Below, piece by piece: positions 53,091-64,000 of a stretch of 64,000 bases of DNA. The notes beneath the pieces were generated by a model, which had not been told where the DNA came from, did no database searches, and saw only the letters and a program-made list of their open reading frames with translations. The translations under genes were made by a program, and so were the position numbers. Origin of the DNA: Gnetum montanum (Eukaryota; Plantae; Gnetophyta); assembly GCA_015680685.1 (NCBI GenBank), contig MNCI01000527.1, positions 1-64,000 on the forward strand. The letters run 5' to 3'. Position 1 is the stretch's first letter, and each line of letters starts with the position of its first letter.

Positions 53091-56000
53091 GTGTCACTTA
53101 ATATGCTTATGGTTAATACACAAGATTGGAGTATGGACATCCAGAAGCAAATTGTCTTGCCTTTGAGCCGAAGTGGATTCCATGGTGGTGTTGAACAATG
53201 TATTGACAATAATTACCTAGATCTTAAGCCTAATAGTCTTGTTGATTACATAGCCTTAATAGAGAAACCTCTAGAGTGTCTTGAAAACCTAGTTAAAACC
53301 ATTAACCTTAAGGTTGGTAACATTATCAAAGACTCTCTAGTTGAGGTTCCTATCATAACACAAAGTGGTAAGGAGAAAACACTAAAAATAAGTTCCTCAC
53401 TAGAACCTCGATAGGCTCAAGACATCACCAAGGTTCTACAAGATAACATTAAGGCCTTTGCCTACTCATATGAAGATATGTTAGGCCTATACCCATGTTT
53501 AGTCCAACACAACATCATACTTGATCCTAGTATTAGATCAATTAACCAAAAAGTTTGCAAGATTAGACCTAATTTAGCTTTGATAGTTCATGATGAAATC
53601 ACAAAATCATACCAAGCTAGTTTCATCAAAGCTATTGACTATGCAAAATGGGTGTCCAACATAGTGGTAGTCCCTAAGAAAAATGGGAATATACGTATTT
53701 GCATAGATTTTTGAGATCTAAATAAGGCAACTATCAAAGATGATTTTCCTTTCCCTAGTATTGATTAACTTATCAATATTTCGGATATACATGTCTTAAT
53801 ATACTTCATGGATGAGTTCTTGGGATATAATTAGATTAGAATCAACTTAGTACGACCTTCATGACCCCTTGGGGTACCTTTTGTTATACCATGATGTCCT
53901 TTGCCTAAAGAATGCAGGAGAAACCTATCAAAGAGCTATGACATATAGCTTTAGTGATTATATGCTAGGTTGGCTTAACAATTACATAGAAAATATAACT
54001 ATTAAGTCCAAAATGGTTAGCAACCATGCACATGACCTTGACCTTATGCTTAATTGATTCCTCAAATATGAACTTAGGCTCAATCCCAAGAAATATATAT
54101 TTGGCATCAAAAATCAATAATATTCTTGGCTTTCTAGTTTCTAAAGTAGGGATACATGTTGATCCTGATAAGGTTAGAGTAATATCCAAGTTGGTTACAC
54201 CTACTAACCTTAAGGAACTTTAGGGATTTCAAGGAAAATGGTAATTTATTTGTAGATTTATCTTTAGGCTTACAAATAAGTTACAAGCCATGCAACACTT
54301 ACTTAAGAAAGGAGTTCTTTATGAGTAGATGGCTCAATGCCAAGAAGCCTTTGAAAACCTTAAGCAAGAATTGGTACAATTACTGATAGTCTATCCTCTG
54401 CAAGAAGGTAAGCCTTTTTACATATACCTTGTTATCTCCTATGCATCCATTGCCTCTGTTCTCTATCAAAAACATGATGATGGAGTAGAGATGCCAATAT
54501 ACTACCTAAACCATGCATTAGTTGTCCATAAGACCTGATACAGTGAAGTGGAGAAGTACTATCTAGCACTAGTCTTCTCATCGAACCAATGGAGACATTG
54601 CCTCTTTAGGAGCTAGGTTAATGTCATTTGCAAAGATAACATGCTTAGAGCCATAACAACAAACATCTATGAGAGTAACCGTATAGCATGATGAAAAGCC
54701 ATAGTAGCAAAGTTTAACCTTCATTACATCTCTCAATCTTCAAAAAAAGGTCAAGCCATAGCCATGCAACTCACTTTTTCACCTATCAATGACCAAGCAA
54801 CCATAGATTGTAAGTCTTCTTATGAATATGTTAACACCATTAGCCAAGTACGCAAGGGCTATGAAGTGGTCATGCACTTTGATGGAGCTTCAACTACCCA
54901 TGGGGCCAATATCGCTACCACTATAACCTTCCCATCTAATGAAATCTAACCCTTTTCTTATTGCTTTGAATTCCCATGCACCAACAATATAGAGTATGAG
55001 GGATTAATTAGAGGAATGATGGTAGCTTGTGACCTAGGGGTTAAATACTTAATGATCAAAGGTGATTCACAACTTGTTGTCAACCAAGTAATAGAGGTTT
55101 ATATGTGTAAATCCAAAAATTTGCAACCTTACTATGACCTAGGAAAGCAACTATTACAACAATTTACAAATATTGATATCCAACACATACTCCAAAATGA
55201 GAATGTTATAGCCAATGCCATTTCAATGCTAGCCCTCAATGTGAGTTTACTAAGTTTCCCACCATGATAATGGACTATGCATCATAGTTCATACTACTCT
55301 CGTAAATGAGTGGTACAACAATATCAAGTTTTACCTTATGCATGGTGAACCTTCACAAGTTTTGACTACTACTAAAAAGGACATTATATGTAAATGATCA
55401 AAACAATATGTCATTATAGGTGATAACACATTATGTCGATGGTGCTACGATGGAATATTATTGTATGCTTGGGTAAAATTGAAGCTCAAACAATCCTAGA
55501 GCAGGTTCATGAGGGTGTGTGTGGGGCACATATAGGACCTAGAGCCATGGCTGCTAAAATTAGATGGCTAGGTTATTACTAGCCTTATATGGAAAGTGAT
55601 TACATGCAGAAGGTTAAAACTTGTGATGCCTACCAATGGCATAGCAATCTTATACACATACCATTGATTAAGTTGCACACCACTTAGATAACTTGGCCAT
55701 TTCAACGTTGGATTTGGATATCATTGGGCCTATAACACCTAAGTCTTCCATAGGGCATAGCTTTATCATCATTGCAACTGAATGATTTACAAAGTGAGTT
55801 GAAGATGTCCACCTAAGAAGTACAACATCTAAACAAGTCTATAGATTCATTTTGGACATTCTAGTAGCCTGCTTTGGCATGCCTATGATCATAGTCACAG
55901 ACAATGAACCATAGTTTAGTAGCCAAGAAATGAAGAACATTTTTCATGACCTAGGCATTAAGCACTCCTTCTCATCGCCTTATTACCCTCTAGCCAATGG

Positions 56001-56550
56001 ATAAGCTAAAGCAAGCAATAAGGTCATCATCAACTTGCTCAAGAAAATGATGAATAACAATAAGCACAAGTGGCATGAGTGGCTTGTCCATGCACTTTGG
56101 GCTTACTGAATAACATATCAAAATACAATAAGTGTAACACCATCTAGCCTTATCTATGGTTCTAAAGTTGTTTTGCCTCTTGAATTGCAAGTATCGTTTC
56201 TCCAAGTAGTCCTATCTGACTTCACCAATAATGAACAAAACAAGGAGCTATGTATCATGGACCTAGACTCACTGGAGAAGTAGTGGGTGCAAATGCTTGC
56301 TCACATCGAGCGCTACCAAGAGAGGTAGAAATGGCAACATTACCATAACCTAGGCAAGTGAAAGTTCGAGGAAGAAGACCTTGTCCTTAAGGCTTTTTGC
56401 AAGCATGTAGACAAGTTCTCAGCCAACTGGGACGGACCTTTCTTGATCACCAAGGCTAGCAACAATGGGGCCTACCAGATAGCAAACATGAATGGAAATG
56501 AGTTGGCCAATCCAGTCAACCATTTCTATATAAAGCCTTACTACATATAG
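53091..56550 (+). pseudogene. pol: Degenerate pol of element C: RT-RNase H-aRH-integrase
   Basis: WVSNIVVVPKKNGNIRICIDF (RT), PFYIYL (RH), MHFDGAS...KGDSQLVVNQV (aRH), VHEGVCGAH zinc-binding region, TDN core and W-GPF tail (INT). Confidence 0.92.
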
Positions 56551-59338
56551 CCAATGAAAGCTAGCTGTTGACGTCAATAACATCTACAACAAATAACAAG
56601 TGATCCTACATAACATCTTTTTTCATAATAGATGAACTATAGAACTTTGTAGCATATGTGACCTTTGGTGGCTTAATTTGCTGATATTTCTGTATGAACG
56701 CATGCATTTCATTGTAACATGTTTTCTTTGCCTGGTTTTCTTGTTCTCATGGAGTTGGGCTTACAAGATGAAGCTTGGAAGTCATCATGAAGGTGCAACT
56801 CATTACAATAGTAGATCACCGTGTGTCCTCAATGGACAAGATTCAATGAGTTTGTCCTACTGTACCAAGAGTTCTTATTCCACCTCATTACCATTATCAT
56901 TCCCTTGACGACCAATGCTTTATGGTCATATGACATCACTTAGTCATGCTCCACCATTAAGTCCATCAAGTGTAACACATCTCGTTTAATGGGAAAACCA
57001 AATCAAAATTGGCCTTGGTATTGAGACCCAATAAAGAAAAAAATATGAATGGGGAAGCAAATTACCAAGAAGCTGAAAAACCAATGAAGCCTAAAGAAAC
57101 AAATGAAATGGCTCTAAACATGCAAAGGGAAGAGCCTAATGCCAAAGAAGCCTTGGAATGAAGTGTTGGTTTCTCAAACGCATTACTAAGTAGCCAACAT
57201 TTCAAAGGATGAAGTGCCAAGACCACATTGACCAAAAAAAGTGTCATTTCCATGAATGTAACCATGATGTCAACATTCATAACTCATAGTTAAACCTTAT
57301 AACCATTTTCTTGTAGCCAAATACCACCTTACTATCTATCACCTCATCATGACCTTATCCCACCATGACAAGCACTCTTTAGCATAGTTCAACACTACTG
57401 AATCAAGCATGAAGAGAGAACATTGGTGATGAACTTGCAATGGTGTTTTGTATTCTTTATCTATGTCTCTTGGGTAATCCTCTAACATCAACAAAGAGGG
57501 ACCAATGAAACACCATCAAAAATTCATGTTGTACATTCTAACCTTCTTTTCCCAACTTGAGGCATGACCTTATTGTAAATGTGAGATTTGTAGCCCATGA
57601 GTAGCAATCTTGCATTCTTAAACTTTTTTGAATTAAAAAATGCCTCAAAAGCTATTATTTCCTTACTTTCTGAGTGGAAAAATGTAACTCATGTCTATAT
57701 TTGGGCTTGGGAATGTGGAAAATGCCTTGGAAATGACCAAATTTGGCATATTCATGGGATTTTATAGGCATATAGCCTAAACTACAATGGAACCATCTAC
57801 CCCCTAGTGTAGATGCAATTGATGGAATTTTCCATTTTCAACCTAGCATAGTCACCACCAAAACCCAACGAAGATGTAGCATTGGAATTGTTGGGATTTT
57901 CCATTTCCATTTTCCCAACAATGGCCAACATAGGTACCTGAATTTTTAACTAGTTGCGGAACAACAAAACAACAGAATAGTGAAATAGTAGAATATGCAA
58001 CATTTCCCAACATTGGAGTTAACCACATGTTTCAACAACTTTAGTGTAGTTGGTATTCAATGTAGTAAGGATGGTGCCAAAAAAGTCATAAAATTCCATT
58101 TACTATTTATAGTGAATGGATGGGTTTTTGTGGTTATAGTATTCTAGAATTACTATAAATGGAAACTACACTATGAATAAATGACCATTGACACTTGCAA
58201 ATTAACATCAATCTATCAGAAATCACTATAGTGGTGTGCAAGCCCCAAAATAGCTAATTTCATCATATATATACCCAATGTAAATACCTTATTCTAGCTC
58301 CACCTCTTTAGCAAAAACAACACTTTGTAACCATTTTCCAACACCTAAGAGCACCTTGCAACAAAAAACTTTTTACAACCTTAAAGCACTTTTGAGAAAA
58401 ATTGGTGTCTACGCTAGGCACAAAGACTCCCACATGACACTATTGCATTCAAAGTGTAATACCATTCCATAGCCACAATTGCAGATCTTGGTGAAAACCA
58501 ACAAGAGTTGCTAGAAATGGGAATTAGGAAACATTTAGATCATGGAGCTTCAAGTGCATATTACAAGTTCCAGTGGACTTCAAACTCTTCATCGATGACT
58601 TCGTGCACACCCAACACATAATCTGTACCTCTTAAACTTTGTACTTTATTTTCAATTTTAATAAAGTCATATTTTATTATGTGTAGATCCAATTTCACAT
58701 TTTCATTTCCATGTTTATTTTTATTGCAGATCTACAATTTCATTTCCATTTCCATTTTTGTTTTCTCATTGTCTCATTTTCTCATTTTCACTTTCATTTT
58801 TGTTGACACTTCCATAAGTTCCTAGATGATCGAATAGGCTATCCAAGGCACCTCAAATTCCATTTTCGAAGGCCCTTGGGATTTGAGATTAAAATTTTTC
58901 CAATGCTTGGGACTTTTGGTTTTCATTCTAGCAACCAAAGTTTCTAAGTCCAACACTTGGAATTCTCATATGAGAAATAGGATTCCCTCCCATTGGAATC
59001 CTTGGTTGATGGTTTTCTACACTCCCATTGCTAGATTAACCTTCCTCTTCATGTACTTCATCTCCATCTAAATATGAGACTTCTTCATCTAAACGTACAT
59101 GCTCTTCACCTCCACATGTCTAGATATGGCTAGGACCAGCTTGTCTGTCCACCTTCATGTTGATTCATCCAATCGAGCAACCATCATCTAGAAGGCTGAC
59201 TTCATGCTTTCCATGTCACAATTTAGAGTTTACACCTGTTTCTTCTTGGGTGTCATCTGAAATTAACAAAGTTCTCAACCAAAATCCAACAACAATAAAA
59301 CTAATCCAAGCAACAATAAAACTATGCTTAGATACCAA

Positions 59339-60376
59339 TAATGCTAGAGAAATTTTACTCCATGAATAAATCACATTCAATGCATTAAATCAAGATATTA
59401 TGCAAAGATAAAATTATTTGCTAGAAAATAAGAAAACTAGCTATCTTCAATTAATTTATTAGAAGATTACAATAGGGTTCACACAACCCACAAGCATCCA
59501 AAACCTATCACACTAAAATGATTGTAGAGCATGAGGTTGTACAACCACACAATTGTTGTTCTCAATGCAAGACACAACCAATAGAAATCTCTCCCATAAC
59601 CCAGGACTGAGATATTAACTCACAAGTCAGATACAAGAGAATAGAATACATAGACCAACACACTACAAGCTGATCTTGGATCTCCAATCACCAATTGCAT
59701 TCATCCAATGTGCTCACCCAATCTCTCTTGCCCAACCCTCCACTCTCACTCCTACTACATAAAAGCTTTCTCCTTGCATACCATCTCTCCTCCCATCTCA
59801 TGGATGGATACATACATAATTATAAATATCTAGGATCCTAGGAAGCTTTCTATTTTCCTTCCTAGATGTTTTCCACAAGGATCTAGAATCTCTCAAATGT
59901 TTCCCAATAAAAACACCATGTTAGAGCTTTTTCCCTTGCCATCTTAGACATCTCTAGTTTTGCATAAACATCTATCATAAAAGCCTTACTTTCAAGAGAG
60001 ATGTTAGCTATCCTTGATATATGTCTATCATAAAAGCCTTACACTTCAGGTTATACATCTAAGGTGAGATGTCTATCTTTCTAAGTAGACATCTATCCTA
60101 CAAGTGCTAAAAATAAAAATTCTTTTTTTAATGCCTAAAGCCTCAGATGTCTCCCAACAAGTCACCATAAATCCTAGAATCCCCTAAACTCATCAAAATG
60201 AGCCAAAAACACCTCTAAACATAACAAAACATCCAAGAATCATCATCATCAAAAATTGACATGAGAAGACACACAAAAATAGGACACACTCAACTATGTC
60301 TCCTTTAAGCATGAAAACCTATGAATACAACTTATAGGACAAGCATAAGGGAATCAAAAGAAGTGTTCCTACACAA
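59339..60376 (-). repeat. 5' LTR of element A
   Basis: Homologous to 27768-28801 and followed on the minus strand by a Met-type PBS. Confidence 0.85.
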
Positions 60377-62340
60377 GTTCCTAATAATATAAGCTATCTT
60401 CAAAACTTTGAGGATGATCATCAAATAATTTGATTCTTGAGAAATACAAAAGAATTCAAGAATCAAGTTTGTGTAGAAGAAAATTTTAAGAAAGAGGTGA
60501 ATATAATACCAAAAAAGGTATTGGAATTTGAAGAATAATTTATGGAAATAACAAAACCTCTCTTATAAATGTTGAAGAAGGATGTAGAAGTCAAAAAAAT
60601 TAAGAAATCAATACAAGCTTTAGTATTAATTAAGAAAGCTATTACATAAGCTTTATATTTGGTAAAACTCAAATTAAAAAAAATTCTACTTGTATGCGTT
60701 TGCATCTACAAAGTATTTGGTTGTTGTATTAACACAAAGAAATGCAAAGGAAGAAAACCCAATTGAATTTTCTTTAATTTTCAATTAAAAGGATACAAGA
60801 GGAGGTATTTTGAGCTTCAAAATCAAGAATTTTATATAATAAAAGCTTTAAGTCATTTTAAATATTATTTAGAAGATACAACTATTCATATTATAATCAT
60901 AGAGTTGGCTATGAGATAATTTTTATCGCAAAATGAAATTGGTTATAAGAGAGCTAATTGGATAATTAAGGTATATCAAATTAAGTTTACATTGGAAACT
61001 TATAAAATAGTTTAAAATATGGGAATAACCAAGATGATGGGGACGGAACCTAAACATAGAATATTAGCTCTTTCTAAAATCAAGAATTGGTATGACAATA
61101 TAGTAAGGTTTCTTACTATGCTCGAGATTTCCAAAAATTTAACCACAAAACAAAAATAAGCTTTTGTCTATAAGAAAAAAAATATATTCTTACTAAAGGA
61201 ATCTTGTATAGAAATAACTTTAGAGGATATTTCTATAATGTATATCAAATCAAAGAATTTATGAGATTTTCACCCAATTCCATTATCATAAAGGCTTATA
61301 TTATGAATCTCCAAGATGTAGAATGCAACATATCTTAAGATACGAATTTTAATAGTCTAAAATGTATAAATTTTTTAACAAAAAAATTCTAACTTGCTAT
61401 AAATATAAAATTCATGGGCTAAAGCTAAGAAATGAAAGAGCTCCATTAAAGCTAGTAGGAGTAGATAAACCTTTTTTAGTGATGGAGATTAGATTTCATA
61501 AAAGCTATTACTCTATCTAAAGTAGCTCATGGGTTCATCTTGATAACTCCTAATTGTTTTAATAAATGGCCAAAAGCTAAATCTTTGAGAAGAAGTAAAA
61601 CCTATGATGTAATCAAATTCACAGAGCATTACATTATAAATCTATTTGGAATGCCAAGATCATTGGTCATAGTTAATGGTACAACTTTCCAATCAGTTAA
61701 ATTTATAAGATGGGCTTTTGAAAAATCAATTACTACTTTATTTGTCTTTAAATTATTACCCTCAAGAAAAAGGTTTGGTTGAATATACTAACAAAAAGCT
61801 AATTTCATACATTAAACACTCTATGGATAAAAATTTGAACAATTGACATGAATTACTACAAGAAGCTTTGTGGACCAATAGGATTAAGATTTAAAAATCA
61901 ATAGCTACTTTACCATTTAGCCTAGTTCATGGATTTAATGCTTGAATAATGAACTAACTCATGTCTTTAATAGTAGAATTCTTGGAGAATTATAGCCCAT
62001 GTTCAAACAAGAAACATGCATTAATGGCCTTACTATTAAAAAGAAAGGTAGAAATTGATGAAGCCTAATATAAGCTCTTGCAAAATGCAGTGATAATGAA
62101 GTGATGGTTTCATTGCTAAGCAAGTTATTATTCATTTACAGAAGAAGACTTTGTCTTATTAGGGAAAATTAACAAAAATAATGATCATAAAAAATTTTTA
62201 ACTAAGTGGGATGGACCATTGATGATGAACCAACACGTGACAAATAATACTTTCAAATTAGCTACTTTAGAGAGACACGTGTTATGTTCTCCTTTTAATG
62301 CCATATTTCTCAAGCATTATTTTGGGCAATCACTTACTTA
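60377..62340 (+). pseudogene. pol: Old Tat-type element, 3' part: post-aRH linker, RNase H remnant and integrase
   Basis: VPNNISYLQNFEDDHQI directly after the A LTR, KALSHFKYY (RH), FNKWPKA...LFGMPRSLVIVNGTTF (integrase core), KWDGP tail. RT is not recognisable. Confidence 0.7.
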
Positions 62341-64000
62341 AAACAACTCAATGAAGGCCAACCAAGATGTAAATATGTACAAAGTGCCTTATAACTAATC
62401 CTTGTAGATCTAGCTAAGGATTAAAGCTAGTATAAGTATGTTATATTCATTAAAGCATCAACATCCATGACTAGAAAAGTAAGGAATATAGTTAAAAGAA
62501 GATTTTTTGGACTTTGAAAGATCAAAATGAAAGCTAGGTTCTTGATTTCTTATTTTTCTAAATGTCACCTTGAGCATATGTAAAGAATTTAATACAGAAA
62601 AATTACTTATGAGGCATCATAGAATCATCCATTTATAACTTGGCTCTCAAATAAATCCTCAATGCTCACTAATGAGAGATCAATTCATGTTTGCAAATGG
62701 ATTGAAATTCTTGAGTGTTGAGACTTATCATTGAGAAGGAATCTTGAAGATGAATAAAACCTAATCCAAAACTTTAACTATGAAGATGTCTTAGCTCCTC
62801 AACCTAAAAATGCAAAGGAAGAAAGACTTGAAAGTTCAAGAAGACAACACAAAGAGGAAGAAGAGCATAGAGAAGATGTTAGTCTAGAAGTTCTTGACAA
62901 TGCATCATTAACTTCGAAAATGGAATCATAAACTAGAGTAGCTACTCAATTGATCACAGATATTGAATATGATGGAGCTACAAAATTCAAAATTCAAAAG
63001 AAAATTATGATCACTGTACATTTTCTACTAGTTCCACTAGCTTAATTCCTTTTTTACATTTCAGTGTTTTATGTTAGTAGAAATTAGAGTTTTTCCATTC
63101 ATAATTAAGCCTTAAGCTACTAGGGGTTTTTTCCCAAAAACCATTTGAAGTCCCATCAAGCTCTATTAAATGTAGATAGTATTTTCAAAGTTTTTTTTTT
63201 TTAGCTATGGCATTATTGTCACAACTACTCTAATCATTAAACAACAAGCATTCAGACTGTTAAGCTAATATAGAAAATTGTTTATAAATTTTTCACATGA
63301 ATAGAAAATTTTCTAAGAAAAGAATAATTACAATGGAAATTGATAAATCTTGCTCACCAAGCAAATAAAAAAATATTCTAAAGGATCTCACTAAGAAAGC
63401 TTGCAAATCTACATTAAATTATAGCTCATGAATTCATCCAACAAGAACATGAATGTACAACATATTATGCACTAGATAAACAATGAAGGTTGCAATAGAA
63501 AATGTTACTAAAAATACATGAGGATTAATAAAAGAGTTTATTTAATCAAGTTAAGGTCTTAAGATTGATTCATAACTATGAGAATTTTACTATTAATGGA
63601 GCATAAAGATTGTTAATTAGTTAAGCGTATTTATTTTTTAATGATCCCATTAGTTTAAGATTCGTAGAATTAGTTTGTAGAACCAAATTTTGATTCTAGA
63701 TTTTTGGTTTACAATATGACTTTTGGCCACATCGGATTAAAGCAAAATAATGCAATATTATAATCTTAATCAGCATTTAAGGTAATATCTTGCAATACTA
63801 TAATTTGATTTTAAGGATTGCCACATCAAATAATGCATTTAAGTTTATACATTAAGAAATTTTGTGGAAAAAGAAGCTTAGAATCGAAGAATATTAGCTT
63901 TTAATATCAAGTTTGTAGAACCATAAATTGGTTCTACAAGTAAGTCTAAACCTAGTCCTATCTTGTTATCTTATGATGAATCAACATTCACATGGGTTCT

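Larger units (their letters stand above)
38049..58955 (+). mobile_element. 20.9-kb Tat-superclade Gypsy element C with split gag-pro/pol
   Basis: LTRs 38049-39487 and 57506-58955. Perfect TSD CTTGG (38044-38048 and 58956-58960). PBS-like TGGTGTTAGAACGAGGG at ~39494-39510, PPT AAAGAGGG at 57493-57500. Confidence 0.92.
27768..60376 (-). mobile_element. CRM/chromovirus-like Gypsy element A, internally deleted, carrying two nested elements
   Basis: LTRs 59339-60376 (5') and 27768-28801 (3') with degenerate TGATG...CATCA termini. PBS TGGTATCTAAGC on minus at ~59326-59337, PPT GAAGGGTGGAAGA on minus at ~28804-28816. Degenerate TSD GAACC/GTTCC. Confidence 0.8.

Overview
AT-rich, strongly CpG-depleted eukaryotic DNA, most likely heterochromatin of a large-genome land plant. 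I found no intact host gene. Almost the whole window is a stack of decayed LTR retrotransposons. (1) A solo LTR of a CRM/chromovirus-like family A (1015-3247) has a Copia-family B solo LTR inside it. (2) An Athila-like Gypsy element (~5.8-18.7 kb) is interrupted by a 3' fragment of Tat family C. (3) A non-coding two-LTR element E lies at 20462-23332. (4) An old Tat-type element with PROT-aRH order is split by a 32.6-kb family A element (27768-60376, minus strand). That element in turn contains a gag-only Copia element B (31166-37102) and a 20.9-kb Tat element C (38049-58955, perfect CTTGG target-site duplication). The most unusual feature is element C: gag-protease and RT-RH-aRH-INT are separated by a ~9.5-kb module holding an antisense, apparently multi-exon gene and an array of hairpin motifs, bracketed by a minisatellite. 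Other oddities are a 5S rRNA-derived fragment, a C4 zinc ribbon on the Copia Gag and a possible C2H2 finger downstream of an integrase. All coordinates and alignments were made by eye.
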